Assembly (NCBI GenBank): GCA_977020255.1
Contig: CDROCS010000410.1
Coordinates: 1 to 64,000, forward strand
Origin: Obrimoposthia wandeli
Taxonomy: Eukaryota
Direction of reading: 5' to 3'
DNA: 64,000 nucleotides
Part shown: piece by piece, positions 12,401 through 21,309 of the stretch
How positions within the stretch are numbered: the first letter of the stretch is position 1
Layout of the letters: each line of letters opens with the position of its first letter
Program-made: the position numbers and the translations under genes
Notes under the pieces: generated by a model
Told to the model about the DNA's origin: nothing
Databases searched by the model: none
What the model saw: only the letters and a program-made list of their open reading frames with translations

Positions 12401-12886
12401 AAAACTGGTCACGAGTCCCAGTTGCCATGGCATAAAATCTTGTTGGATTTGTAATTGCTGGAAAGAATAAACAATCGCTTTAATTTGTAAGGCGATATAA
12501 GGCATGGTCCCAAGTAACGAAACCATGGTCACCAAGATAGCTAATGCATGGGATTTACCAAAACGAGCCGCAAGTAAATCGGCGATAGAGGTTAAATTGA
12601 AGTTAATACTGGTTTGAATAATACGCTGTAAAAATGGCCAGGCGAAAACAAGTAATAAGATAGGGCCTAAGTAGATAGGTAAATACGAATAGACATTGGT
12701 AGCGGCTTGCCCTGTGGTGCCCAGAAAACTCCACGAAGTACAATAAACAGACACGGCAAAGGCGTAGATTAACGCTTGCCGTTTGCCTTGAATAAGATGC
12801 TTATATTTATCCCCTAAATAAGCAATTAAAAATAATAGCGCGATATAAAAAAAGCTTAATAGCATTAACTGCCAATTTTCAAACAT
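9446..12886 (-). CDS. crbS: Hybrid sensor kinase: SLC5/SSS-like membrane domain, STAC, PAS, HisKA, HATPase, REC (CrbS family)
   Basis: About 13 N-terminal TM helices with SSS-like YCTSWSFLG; phospho-His box SHDLLQPL; N/G boxes NAFRY, DNGPGI, GLGLGL; C-terminal receiver LLVDYQL. Start taken at MFENWQ (ORF track extends to 12904). Linked to crbR and an SSS transporter. Confidence 0.85.
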   Translation of the reverse strand: MFENWQLMLLSFFYIALLFLIAYLGDKYKHLIQGKRQALIYAFAVSVYCTSWSFLGTTGQAATNVYSYLPIYLGPILLLVFAWPFLQRIIQTSINFNLTSIADLLAARFGKSHALAILVTMVSLLGTMPYIALQIKAIVYSFQQLQIQQDFMPWQLGLVTSFVLAGFSILFGIRNIDVTERHPGIMLAIAFEALVKIIAFASVGIFICYIVFDSPQDIWQQASANADLASALQFPDLSAMFGMIIIVMAAFFVLPRQFHVMIVELRDEQDAWLSRRVFPLYLLVFAFFSAPLGLAGYLLLGNSVPADMYVLVLPWYQDQTWLTLFAFLGAISAASSMVIVSTIALSTMLSNEIVFPFLFKKNKHPTQYNAFRLKLLNIRKVLVLFVIFLSYLVFLFIPPTALASLGATALGALAQLTPALVAAFYWRRATLKGVFTGISLGFSLWTIFNFLPQLGFYQGPLQGTFFASSTAINLLCLTVNVVAMILISLVTRTSIQERIQGALFLKRQLPPSLVESKRKAKSKRPAISVDELLLLTAQFVGNEKASKSFQAFEQVAITLGYTVKEKSEYALEHAEKVLSSVMGSSSARLVLNSALDGHDFALDELATLVGNASSHRQEFSQNLLKSAIENTRDGISIVNDELELVAWNNQYAELFNYPDDILSVGCPVESLIRFNAERGLCGGGDIEAHVRKRLDFLRLRKSHNSERLREDGKVIRIEGNPLPDGGFLMVFSDITAFRQAEQVLKEANQDLETRVTERTQKLEKANKELAKARIVADEALSKKSHYLQVCSHDLLQPLEAARLFTSALASQSTLNENQQRQVSSIDLSLKVANEMIVNLAEVARIESGSIKPHIETFALNDLFSQLAKEFSAAAKQHGVIFTIMPTKHWVNTDKHLLRRILQNLIGNAFRYASPGRVLLGCRRKSGQLSIQLLDNGPGIAAKNQAKVFEQFSQLEDNNGSNDGLGLGLSICNSLSVLLQHQLTLDSIEGRGCRFSLQLSEATALQQDHITPVFTPTDLTGTAVLCIDNNPAILEGMLELMSSWDCEVYGANSIASAKALFKQCDFDILLVDYQLDNGEDGLTLISQLREINPTTPAILITATTESGIADKAAAAKVGLLRKLVKPAALRAMMSAQLTETLQTQFIR

Positions 12887-13067
12887 ACCAGAACCTACTA
12901 ACAACTATTGAAATACAACTAACGTCGAAAGAATGGCTATCCAGCTAATCCACTATTGGGCAATTATACCAAGAGCCATTCAACAACGATAATATCAATA
13001 ACCAAGCTACTTTAAGATCGACAAACTACGCAATAAAGGAAGGAATAACAAAATAGCTTGGTAAACA

Positions 13068-13083
13068 TAACTACATAACTACA
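13068..13083. repeat. 8-nt tandem duplication spanning the stop codon of the 146-aa ORF
   Basis: (taactaca)x2; on the minus strand TG-TAG-TTA repeated. Confidence 0.7.
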
Positions 13084-13519
13084 GCAAGGTTTCAAACTCG
13101 CTAATGTAATTCCCGCCTTTAATGGACGCGATTAACCTTAGTTTATAGCTTGCAGTATTGTTACTCGCAGCCAACTCACGCAGCGGGGTTTGTGCTTGCC
13201 AGTAATAGTTGCTTTGTACTTGAGTCAAAGGGTATGGCGTCGCATTATTATTACCATCGACCAAAAATAACACGGCTTCATCAAGTGGAAAGGTAGAATT
13301 GATAACCGTTGAACCGGCTTTATCAAATACATTAACTTTAAAATCACCGCTTACTAATACGCACTCACCTGCAAGTACTGCGCAAGAAGATTCAGGTATT
13401 AAGGTGATTAATTTAGTTTCGTCCGCATCATTTTCAATAAAGTAATCCGATGCAATATAGCCAAATACGGCTAATAATGGTGCGACAAGTACCGCTACTT
13501 TAGTATGCTTATTCATCAA
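13079..13519 (-). CDS. Hypothetical membrane-anchored/exported protein with a Cys pair, between crbR and crbS
   Basis: 146 aa; basic N-terminus then hydrophobic helix (VAVLVAPLLAVFGYIA); C-x6-C (SSCAVLAGEC); starts 2 nt after the crbR stop. Confidence 0.75.
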   Translation of the reverse strand: MMNKHTKVAVLVAPLLAVFGYIASDYFIENDADETKLITLIPESSCAVLAGECVLVSGDFKVNVFDKAGSTVINSTFPLDEAVLFLVDGNNNATPYPLTQVQSNYYWQAQTPLRELAASNNTASYKLRLIASIKGGNYISEFETLL

Positions 13520-13520
13520 T

Positions 13521-14189
13521 TTATTCCTTTAAATTATCGCTGTAATCCGCTACATCGAGTTGTCCTAACATCATCGCGGCTTGTGTTCTATTACGTACAT
13601 TGAGTTTACGAAAAATAGCACTGGCGTGGGCTTTAACCGTCGCTTCAGCAACACAGAGTTTGTCACCAATTTGCTTGTTGAGTAAACCTTCAGAAAACAT
13701 CATTAAAATACGATATTCTTGCACCGTTAATTTAGCGATGGCTTCGTCTGCAACATCGCTCACTTCTTCTTGTACTTTTTCAAAGGTACCCGGAACCCAT
13801 AATTGTCCAGACAATACCTGAGTGATCGCAGTAATGATTGTTGGCACAGATTCCGATTTAGGCACAAAACCGGATGCGCCGTGCTGCATCGCTTTACCTA
13901 TGATCGTTTCATCACTGTACGCAGAGATAACCACAACCGGAATATCTGGATATTGCTTACGAATTCGAATCAGGTGGTCAAAGCCATGCGCGCCTGGAAT
14001 ATTTAGGTCTAATAATAAAAGATCGGCATCGGCGTTTTGCACCAAGCACTCGCTGATACTTTCAACAGTTTCAGCCTCAAGCCATTGCGTGGTATTAAAT
14101 TGTTCTTTTAAGGCTATTAACAATGCTTGGCGAAAAAGGGGGTGATCATCGGCTATGATGATTTTTTCAGGCATTACGTGCATACTCAT
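13521..14189 (-). CDS. crbR: NarL/LuxR-family response regulator (CrbR family)
   Basis: ADDHPLFR, LLLDLNIPG, GASGFVPK, HTH LLNKQIGDKL..ATVKAH; context with crbS. Confidence 0.85.
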   Translation of the reverse strand: MSMHVMPEKIIIADDHPLFRQALLIALKEQFNTTQWLEAETVESISECLVQNADADLLLLDLNIPGAHGFDHLIRIRKQYPDIPVVVISAYSDETIIGKAMQHGASGFVPKSESVPTIITAITQVLSGQLWVPGTFEKVQEEVSDVADEAIAKLTVQEYRILMMFSEGLLNKQIGDKLCVAEATVKAHASAIFRKLNVRNRTQAAMMLGQLDVADYSDNLKE

Positions 14190-14218
14190 CCATGTATCAC
14201 TACAAATAATTAACCTCC

Positions 14219-14264
14219 ACTATACATGACAGCGTGTTACCAAACTGTGACCAAGTTAACTTGC
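14219..14264 (-). promoter_or_regulatory. Class II CRP-dependent promoter for crbR
   Basis: CRP-like site aacTGTGAccaagtTAACTtgc (14243-14264) and minus-strand -10 TATAGT (14224-14219). This puts +1 near 14212 and the site centre at exactly -41.5. Confidence 0.65.
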
Positions 14265-14300
14265 TGCGTTAGCAGTATTTGACTTAACTCGTTCAAGCCA

Positions 14301-15005
14301 CTAGCTGAAAGCACTTGTGATCAAGGACTTAAGCTTGGTATTACCCTTCAATTCTGAATGCTGCACTTTAGCCATGAACAATTCTGCAGTCGCAATAGCA
14401 TCGTTTAAAGCATTGTGTGCTGGATAATGTGGTAAACCATACTCGTCACGTAAACTGGTTAAATGCAATGTAGAAGGTGCGTAAGCTTGGCTGCACCTGT
14501 CGTGGCGCTTTTTAGCCAAGGCTAAAGTATCAATAATGGGGAATACCGGCGCCATGCCATACAGTTTAATACAGGCCTGTTCGAGAAAGTTTTTTTCAAT
14601 CTGCGCATAATGTACCAACATGGTTTTGCCTGCCAATGCTGTTAACAAATCCTCGACGACGCTTGCCAATGGTCGTCCGCTGGCTTTTTCTTGATCTGTG
14701 ATGGTATGTATCGTGACATTGTCACTTTGTAGTTGGCAGTGCGCCGCAACAATTTGATGATAACAACTCTCCAATCTAATTTGGTTATCCGCCAGCGTCA
14801 CATAACCGATACTTAAAATATTATCTTGTTTGGCATTCAAGCCTGTCGTTTCAAAGTCCACGGCTAAAATGTCACTGGCCATAATAGGCTGTTCGAGATC
14901 GATAATTGGCACACTTAAGTATTGTTTTAACGCCCCTTCAGGTGCTTTCGCAAGTAAGCGTTTACGCTGGGTCTCTAAACTAAAAAACGATTGTATTAGA
15001 TTCAT
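14301..15005 (-). CDS. DEDDh (DnaQ-like) 3'-5' exonuclease-family protein
   Basis: ExoI AVDFETTG, ExoII HYAQIEKNFL, ExoIII HNALNDA; directly downstream of the DUF294 gene. Confidence 0.9.
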   Translation of the reverse strand: MNLIQSFFSLETQRKRLLAKAPEGALKQYLSVPIIDLEQPIMASDILAVDFETTGLNAKQDNILSIGYVTLADNQIRLESCYHQIVAAHCQLQSDNVTIHTITDQEKASGRPLASVVEDLLTALAGKTMLVHYAQIEKNFLEQACIKLYGMAPVFPIIDTLALAKKRHDRCSQAYAPSTLHLTSLRDEYGLPHYPAHNALNDAIATAELFMAKVQHSELKGNTKLKSLITSAFS

Positions 15006-15031
15006 AATATGTCCTTATTCGTCTGTCGCGA

Positions 15032-16936
15032 TCACACCATCTGACGATAACTTTGCATGGCTTTAATGACTTTAAATGCATCTTTTAAGTGTTCACGTTC
15101 CAGCCGAGATATCTCTTTTGGTAACAAATAACTATCCGCCGCTTCCCCCTTGGCTAATTGCTTGGCTTGGTGTTCAGCACGTAACATACCGAGCAACTCA
15201 AATGCATCAATCAAATTAGCCGATTCAGTGCGACTTAATGATGGCGTTCCAGCCGCAAGCCTTAAACGCATGATGGTATTTACATCCTCAATCCCTTCCG
15301 CTAAAGCATAAATACGAGCCAGATTAATAATAGGCGCTAGACCGTTATGCTTCAGATCCAAGCCTTTTTTATTGTTACCATCATGGATAAGCACAAAGTC
15401 ACGAAAAAAACCCAGTGGTGGTTTCTGTAGTAACGCATTACGGGATAGATGCGCTTGAAACAAGGTGTTTTGTTGCGTTTTTTGCAGCATATTACGGCGC
15501 ACATCTTGTAACAACTGCATATCACCATGCACCGTCGCCAAATCAAAAAACACACTGCTATTGAGTAATGCTTGCGGATCTGGTTGAGTTACCCAATCAG
15601 TAAAGTAGCCTTGCCATACCCGTTTTTTCTGGCGCCACTGTAGATTTGTCGCCATGATATTACCAGGGCAATAAATATAACCACAGGCGGCTAAACCATC
15701 ACAAACAAAATGCGCAAACTCCTCGAACCACGCTTCTTGCTGTGGTGTGGCACTATCATCAATAATCAACGCATTGTCTTGATCTGAATAAACTAACTGC
15801 TCTTGGCGCGCTTGTGAGCCTGCACATAACCAAGCATAACCAACCGGTGCTTTACCTAGTTTTAATTCAGCTAATTCAATTAAGCGTATGGTGAATGCCA
15901 TTGTCAACGCACTGATATTCTTTCCTAAATAATCAGCACTGGCGCCCAGCTTAGCCATGCTCACTTGCAGTTTAGGTAACATCGAGCTCAATTCGACCAA
16001 GGCGGTAACAGAACTGGCTTTATGGATCACAGAACTTAAATTAACGGCATGATGACCCTCTTGATTCATTAAATCCGTCGCAGTCAACATACCAATCAAG
16101 GTGCCATGTTTAGTCACCGGAAGATGATGTATACGCTGACTGATCATTAACGCGAGTGCATCATGACCACAAAGATTAATGTCAATCGTCGCCATATTCT
16201 CTGTCATAATATCCGTCACGGCTTGCTGAGTATTTAATCCTTCGGCAACACAACGTCGCCTAATATCTTTATCGGTAACAATACCAACAGGCTGTTCATC
16301 AGCCATAATAACCAAGCAGGAAACGCCTTTTTCAGTCATGTATTTAGCCGCACCTTGGATACTGGCTTGCGTGGTGATTGTGATAGCAGGGCTATTGTAA
16401 TAATCGGTTATGGGGGCATTCGTTAAACTAGAGGCGATTAATGCCGATTCTGTTATCGCCCCCATGGTATTTTGTAGTCGCTGCTGCGCAGTCTGTAATA
16501 AAAACTGTAACGCTTTCGGGTGTTCACTAAGTAGCACTTTCAATTCATTAAAATCAAGCGCATATAACAAGCAATCTTCTTCTGCACGTAAACTTATCTG
16601 TAATCCTTGTACATCTGGACGACATAGAACACTGCACAAATCACCTTCTGAGAATTTCCCCTGTAATTCACCCACATCATCATAATAAGCAAGCACGCCT
16701 TTTTTGACGATATACAGCATGACTTGGTCGTTCAACTGATGGTTTTTATGATCATGTAATAGGGTTTCACTACGGTAATAACCGATTGAAGTCCGTTTAG
16801 CAATTAGATGGCAATCTTCAACATTTAACAAATTGAAGGGCGGAATGACTTTAATAAAATCAACAATATCATTTAGCGCTGCATTCATGGGTTCACTCTC
16901 GCCTCTTTCTATCTGCATCTGCATTAGTAAATACAA
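15032..16936 (-). CDS. cNMP-binding, CBS-pair, DUF294 nucleotidyltransferase-like protein
   Basis: N-terminal cNMP-like domain (IPPFNLL..LYIVKKG..GDL); two CBS domains; Pol-beta/GlnD-type motif GSQARQEQLVYSDQDN; C-terminal DLKHNGLAPI helical domain. Alternative start at 16888. Confidence 0.9.
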   Translation of the reverse strand: MYLLMQMQIERGESEPMNAALNDIVDFIKVIPPFNLLNVEDCHLIAKRTSIGYYRSETLLHDHKNHQLNDQVMLYIVKKGVLAYYDDVGELQGKFSEGDLCSVLCRPDVQGLQISLRAEEDCLLYALDFNELKVLLSEHPKALQFLLQTAQQRLQNTMGAITESALIASSLTNAPITDYYNSPAITITTQASIQGAAKYMTEKGVSCLVIMADEQPVGIVTDKDIRRRCVAEGLNTQQAVTDIMTENMATIDINLCGHDALALMISQRIHHLPVTKHGTLIGMLTATDLMNQEGHHAVNLSSVIHKASSVTALVELSSMLPKLQVSMAKLGASADYLGKNISALTMAFTIRLIELAELKLGKAPVGYAWLCAGSQARQEQLVYSDQDNALIIDDSATPQQEAWFEEFAHFVCDGLAACGYIYCPGNIMATNLQWRQKKRVWQGYFTDWVTQPDPQALLNSSVFFDLATVHGDMQLLQDVRRNMLQKTQQNTLFQAHLSRNALLQKPPLGFFRDFVLIHDGNNKKGLDLKHNGLAPIINLARIYALAEGIEDVNTIMRLRLAAGTPSLSRTESANLIDAFELLGMLRAEHQAKQLAKGEAADSYLLPKEISRLEREHLKDAFKVIKAMQSYRQMV

Positions 16937-17170
16937 TTACAATTAATTTGTACGTTAAGTTTTAACCCTATACCTCTAAATCGTCAACATCATAAAATAA
17001 TATATAGACGAAAGTTGTATAGGGTTATTTTTTAAAGGTTGCTAAATTTACAACATGCTAGTGAGAACACTGACGATTTGTCATTGAAGTTAAGGACAAC
17101 TGATTCAAGTGATCGATAACTATCTAATTTAATATATGAAGATTTAATCGTTTTTTTTGGGAGAAAGGAT

Positions 17171-17422
17171 ATGGAACAAGAAAACGCCTATTGGCAAACC
17201 AATATACGACTCATATTAACCTGTTTAGTAATTTGGTTTGTGGTGTCTTTTGGCTGTGGCATTTTATTCGTCGAGCAATTAAATGAATTTAGACTCGGTG
17301 GATATAAGCTTGGTTTCTGGTTCGCACAACAAGGGTCTATTTATACCTTCGTTGGTTTAGTTTTTTGGTATGCCGTACAGATGAATAAGCTGGACAAAAA
17401 ACACAATGTTGAGGAAGAATAA
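17171..17422 (+). CDS. DUF4212 small membrane subunit of solute:sodium symporter
   Basis: AYWQTN..., GFWFAQQGSI signature, 2 TM helices; stop abuts the symporter ATG. Confidence 0.9.
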   Translation: MEQENAYWQTNIRLILTCLVIWFVVSFGCGILFVEQLNEFRLGGYKLGFWFAQQGSIYTFVGLVFWYAVQMNKLDKKHNVEEE

Positions 17423-19159
17423 ATGACCGAATTAAAACTCTATACCTATATCGCCGTATTCGGTTCGTTTACCTTATATTTTGCCATTGCTTGGTTCGCT
17501 CGCGCTAAAACAACCAGTGATTTCTATGCCGCCGGCGGTGGTATTACCCCATTACAAAACGGGATGGCGATCGGCGCCGATTGGATGAGTGCCGCATCGT
17601 TCTTATCAATGGCAGGTCTTATTGCCTTTCTTGGTTACGGTGGCTCAGTGTTCTTAATGGGTTGGACGGGTGGTTTCGTACTACTTGCGACCTTACTGGC
17701 TCCTTATATGCGTAAACACGGTAAGTTTACCGTGCCAGAATTTATTGCTGACCGCTATGACTCTAAGACTGCGCGTGTTGTTGCGATTGTCTGCTTAATC
17801 GTCGCATCGGTTACTTATATCATCGGTCAGATGAAAGGTGTGGGTGTTGCTTTCTCTCGATTCTTAGAAGTTGATTACGACCTAGGCTTAGGCATAGGTA
17901 TGGTTGTAGTATGGGTTTATGCCGTATTAGGTGGTATGAAAGGGATCACTTACACGCAAATCGCGCAATATTGTGTACTTATTTTTGCTTATACTATTCC
18001 AGCAGTATTTATTTCATTACAACTAACAGGTAATCCAATCCCACAACTTGGTTTGGGTAGTACCCTTGCTGACGGTAGCGGTGTTTATCTGCTTGATAAA
18101 ATCGATATGGTTGTCACCGACCTCGGCTTTAACCAATACACAACTGATAACATGGGCGGCACATTAAACATGTTCGCATATACCCTATCATTGATGATTG
18201 GTACAGCTGGTTTACCACACGTAATCATGCGTTTCTTTACCGTTCCAACAGTGAAAGCAGCACGTGCATCAGCTGGTTACGCACTCGTATTTATCGCCTT
18301 ACTTTATACTGTTGCTCCAGCGGTTGGCGCAATGGCTCGTTTCAATCTTATCAATACGATTGAACCATCAGCAGGTCAACAACTTGAGTATGAGAAACGT
18401 CCACAATGGTTTAAAGACTGGGAAGGTACGGGTCTATTAAAATTTGAAGATAAAAATGGTGATGGCAAAATTAATTATGTTGCTGACCCTGTTAAAAATG
18501 AAATGGTTAAAGTTGACCGTGACATCATGGTATTAGCTAATCCAGCTATCGCCAACCTACCAAACTGGGTGATTGCATTGGTTGCCGCAGGTGGTCTAGC
18601 CGCTGCACTCTCAACTGCCGCAGGTTTACTACTGGCCATTTCATCAGCTATTTCGCATGATTTAATGAAAGGTATACTAACACCAAACATGACCGAGAAA
18701 GCCGAACTCAAAGCAGGCCGTATCGTGATGACTATTTCTATCATCATCGCTGGCTACCTTGGTTTAAATCCGCCTGGATTCGCCGCCGGTACCGTTGCCC
18801 TCGCCTTTGGTTTAGCAGGTTCATCGTTATTCCCAGCGTTAATGATGGGTATCTTTTCGAAGAAAATTAATGGTACAGCTGCCGTATCGGGTATGTGTGC
18901 AGGTTTAGGTATTACTATGCTGTATGTATTCCAACATAAAGGCATCATGTTTATCCCAGGTACTTCGTTCCTAGGCGGCATGGAAGAAAACTGGTTCTTT
19001 GGTATCTCACCTAACGCATTTGGTTCTGTAGGTGCAATCGTTAACTTTACCGTGGCATTTGTTGTCACTAAAGTAACCGGTGATGCGCCACTGCATATCC
19101 AACAGTTAGTTGAAAACTTACGCTTCCCACGTGGTGCAGGTGCAGCAGCCGACCATTAA
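17423..19159 (+). CDS. Solute:sodium symporter (ActP-like, VC2705 subfamily), probable acetate/monocarboxylate permease
   Basis: NGMAIGADWMSAASF, GGMKGITYTQ, GTAGLPHVIMRFF, AAALSTAAGLLL; linked to crbSR. Confidence 0.88.
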   Translation: MTELKLYTYIAVFGSFTLYFAIAWFARAKTTSDFYAAGGGITPLQNGMAIGADWMSAASFLSMAGLIAFLGYGGSVFLMGWTGGFVLLATLLAPYMRKHGKFTVPEFIADRYDSKTARVVAIVCLIVASVTYIIGQMKGVGVAFSRFLEVDYDLGLGIGMVVVWVYAVLGGMKGITYTQIAQYCVLIFAYTIPAVFISLQLTGNPIPQLGLGSTLADGSGVYLLDKIDMVVTDLGFNQYTTDNMGGTLNMFAYTLSLMIGTAGLPHVIMRFFTVPTVKAARASAGYALVFIALLYTVAPAVGAMARFNLINTIEPSAGQQLEYEKRPQWFKDWEGTGLLKFEDKNGDGKINYVADPVKNEMVKVDRDIMVLANPAIANLPNWVIALVAAGGLAAALSTAAGLLLAISSAISHDLMKGILTPNMTEKAELKAGRIVMTISIIIAGYLGLNPPGFAAGTVALAFGLAGSSLFPALMMGIFSKKINGTAAVSGMCAGLGITMLYVFQHKGIMFIPGTSFLGGMEENWFFGISPNAFGSVGAIVNFTVAFVVTKVTGDAPLHIQQLVENLRFPRGAGAAADH

Positions 19160-19170
19160 TAACCCACTAT

Positions 19171-19201
19171 AGCGCGATTGAAATAACCCAATCGCGCTTT
19201 T
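19171..19201 (+). terminator. Hairpin/terminator after the symporter
   Basis: AGCGCGATTG-aaataacc-CAATCGCGCT followed by TTT. Confidence 0.6.
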
Positions 19202-19245
19202 AGATTTTAGGTTAGACTATTGATTGTAAGTAAATCGTAGATAAT

Positions 19246-19282
19246 AAAAATGCCGTTCATTAATTAATGAACGGCATTTTTT
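19246..19282. terminator. Bidirectional terminator, perfect 36-bp palindrome
   Basis: AAAAATGCCGTTCATTAA|TTAATGAACGGCATTTTT between the convergent symporter and kdsB. Confidence 0.85.
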
Positions 19283-19317
19283 ATAAGCTAGCATAAATCT
19301 ATATTAACGATGGCTAC

Positions 19318-20085
19318 TTATTTCGCAGCATTAGCACTAACAATATTACGTACCACAACCAAATCTTCAGGTGTATCAACACCCGCAGCTGGCGCTTCAA
19401 GCGCTTCTTCAACATGAATTTTTTCACCATGCCAAAGTACACGTAATTGTTCTAGTGATTCGATCTGTTCCAGTTCAGTTTCTTGCCACTGAACATAATC
19501 ACGAATAAAACCAGCACGATATGCATAAATGCCAATATGACGTTGATAAACAGGTTTAATCTCAGTCACAGGTGCATGCATAAAGTTATCACGATGATAT
19601 GGGATCGGTGCACGGCTAAAATACAAAGCATAGCCCTGCTTATCCGTTACCACTTTAACCGCATTCGGGTTAAAGACTTCTTCCACATCGGTAATAGCAA
19701 CAGACAATGTCGCCATACGTGCTTCGCTTTGGTTACCCAGATTTGTCGCTACTTGCTCAATAATACGTGGTGGAATTAAAGGCTCGTCGCCTTGGACATT
19801 CACAATGATATCGTCATCATTAAAGCCGAGCTTACTGCATACTTCAGCCAGACGCTCTGTACCCGAGTTATGATCAGGAGAAGTCATACAGACTTCATAA
19901 CCTAAAGCAGTTACAGCTTGTTCTATACGCACATCATCGGTCGCAATGACAACGCGTGACGCGCCACTTTGCAACGCTTGCTCTGCAACACGCTGGATCA
20001 TTGTCTTACCACAAATATCAACTAACGGTTTGCCGGGTAAACGACTGGACTGGTAGCGCGATGGGATAATAACAATAAAACTCAT
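19318..20085 (-). CDS. kdsB: 3-deoxy-manno-octulosonate cytidylyltransferase
   Basis: [44 protein letters not shown]. Confidence 0.97.
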   Translation of the reverse strand: MSFIVIIPSRYQSSRLPGKPLVDICGKTMIQRVAEQALQSGASRVVIATDDVRIEQAVTALGYEVCMTSPDHNSGTERLAEVCSKLGFNDDDIIVNVQGDEPLIPPRIIEQVATNLGNQSEARMATLSVAITDVEEVFNPNAVKVVTDKQGYALYFSRAPIPYHRDNFMHAPVTEIKPVYQRHIGIYAYRAGFIRDYVQWQETELEQIESLEQLRVLWHGEKIHVEEALEAPAAGVDTPEDLVVVRNIVSANAAK

Positions 20086-20270
20086 TTTGCTAATTCTTCA
20101 GACGTTAACTGACGCGCTTTAACTTGCAGTAATACTGGAATACCTTCCGTGATTGGGTATGCAAGACGGTCTGCATTACAAATAAGTTCATTGTTGCTTT
20201 TGTCGAAATGTAATTTACCTTTACAAACAGGGCAAGCAATAATTTCAAGTAAGTTATGATCCAAAGTCAT
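20082..20270 (-). CDS. ycaR: Trm112-family protein
   Basis: [26 protein letters not shown]; overlaps lpxK and kdsB. Confidence 0.93.
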   Translation of the reverse strand: MTLDHNLLEIIACPVCKGKLHFDKSNNELICNADRLAYPITEGIPVLLQVKARQLTSEELAK

Positions 20271-21258
20271 GGTTTAATTCCTTTAATTTTAATAATAACT
20301 GCGGTAAAAAATCGCTATCTAAACTTGCGTTTACCGGTAAATAATACCAATTATCCTGAGCGAAAGACTGACACTTAACAGCATCTTTTTCAGTCATTAT
20401 AACGGTGCGCCCCGCTGCGAACTGAGTAATATCAGCAGCAGTAAAAGCATGATGATCGGGAAATGAGAGCTGGTCTTCAATCACGTAATCGTGTTTTTCT
20501 AAGGTATTATAAAAGCGCTGTGGATTACCAATGCCAGCAATAGCTACATTAGCAACGTCAGCACCTGAGCCTACATCGGGTCCAGCTACTGCATTATTAC
20601 TTACTTTACGTAACGGCGCTGCCACCAAGTTCATATTCGCCTCGCCAGCTAAACCGTTACCACCATTACAGATTACAAAGTCAGCCGTTTTTAGACGCCA
20701 AGCACCTTCGCGTAACGGACCCATAGGTAATAAATGGCCATTGCCAAGACGGCGTTTACCATCAATCACAATCAGTTCAATATCACGTTGCATTGCATAA
20801 TGCTGGAGACCGTCATCAGTGATGATCACGTCAACATCAAAGTGAGCTAATAAATGCGCCGCTGCAGCAGTGCGCACAGGGCTAATAACCAGTGGGCATT
20901 GCGTGCGTTGGTGTAACATAAACGGTTCGTCGCCGCTGTGTGCGACAGGCGAATCGTTATTAACAATATAGGGATAGTGTGGTGCTTTCGAGCCATAACC
21001 ACGACTGATAATACCGGGTTTGTAACCCGCTGCTGTAAGTTGCTCACACAAGTAAACGACCAAGGGTGTTTTACCTGTGCCACCCACCGTAATGTTACCG
21101 ACAACAATAGTCGGTACAGCAGGTTTAACACTGGTTTTAATACCTAGCTCAAATAACTTACGGCGACTGCATGTAATGGCAGCAAACGTTACACTTAATG
21201 GCGCCAGTAACCACTTTGACCAGTGGTTACCATACCAAATATCCTCTTCGATTTTCAC
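20254..21258 (-). CDS. lpxK: Tetraacyldisaccharide 4'-kinase
   Basis: [50 protein letters not shown]. Confidence 0.97.
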   Translation of the reverse strand: MKIEEDIWYGNHWSKWLLAPLSVTFAAITCSRRKLFELGIKTSVKPAVPTIVVGNITVGGTGKTPLVVYLCEQLTAAGYKPGIISRGYGSKAPHYPYIVNNDSPVAHSGDEPFMLHQRTQCPLVISPVRTAAAAHLLAHFDVDVIITDDGLQHYAMQRDIELIVIDGKRRLGNGHLLPMGPLREGAWRLKTADFVICNGGNGLAGEANMNLVAAPLRKVSNNAVAGPDVGSGADVANVAIAGIGNPQRFYNTLEKHDYVIEDQLSFPDHHAFTAADITQFAAGRTVIMTEKDAVKCQSFAQDNWYYLPVNASLDSDFLPQLLLKLKELNHDFGS

Positions 21259-21309
21259 ACTAGCTCCTGTTATTCACACTAGTTCCGATGTTTCACACCA
21301 AATACGCAC

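Noticed and set aside
13001-13062. 9-bp inverted repeat ACCAAGCTA/TAGCTTGGT with a 44-nt spacer upstream of crbS, echoing the spacing of the one at 16963
   Set aside because: Different sequence from the other repeat and short enough to arise by chance in AT-rich DNA.
14301-15005. Calling the DEDDh gene dnaQ or a defence exonuclease
   Set aside because: Lacks the DnaQ C-terminal alpha-binding tail; the context (DUF294/SSS/CrbSR) is metabolic.
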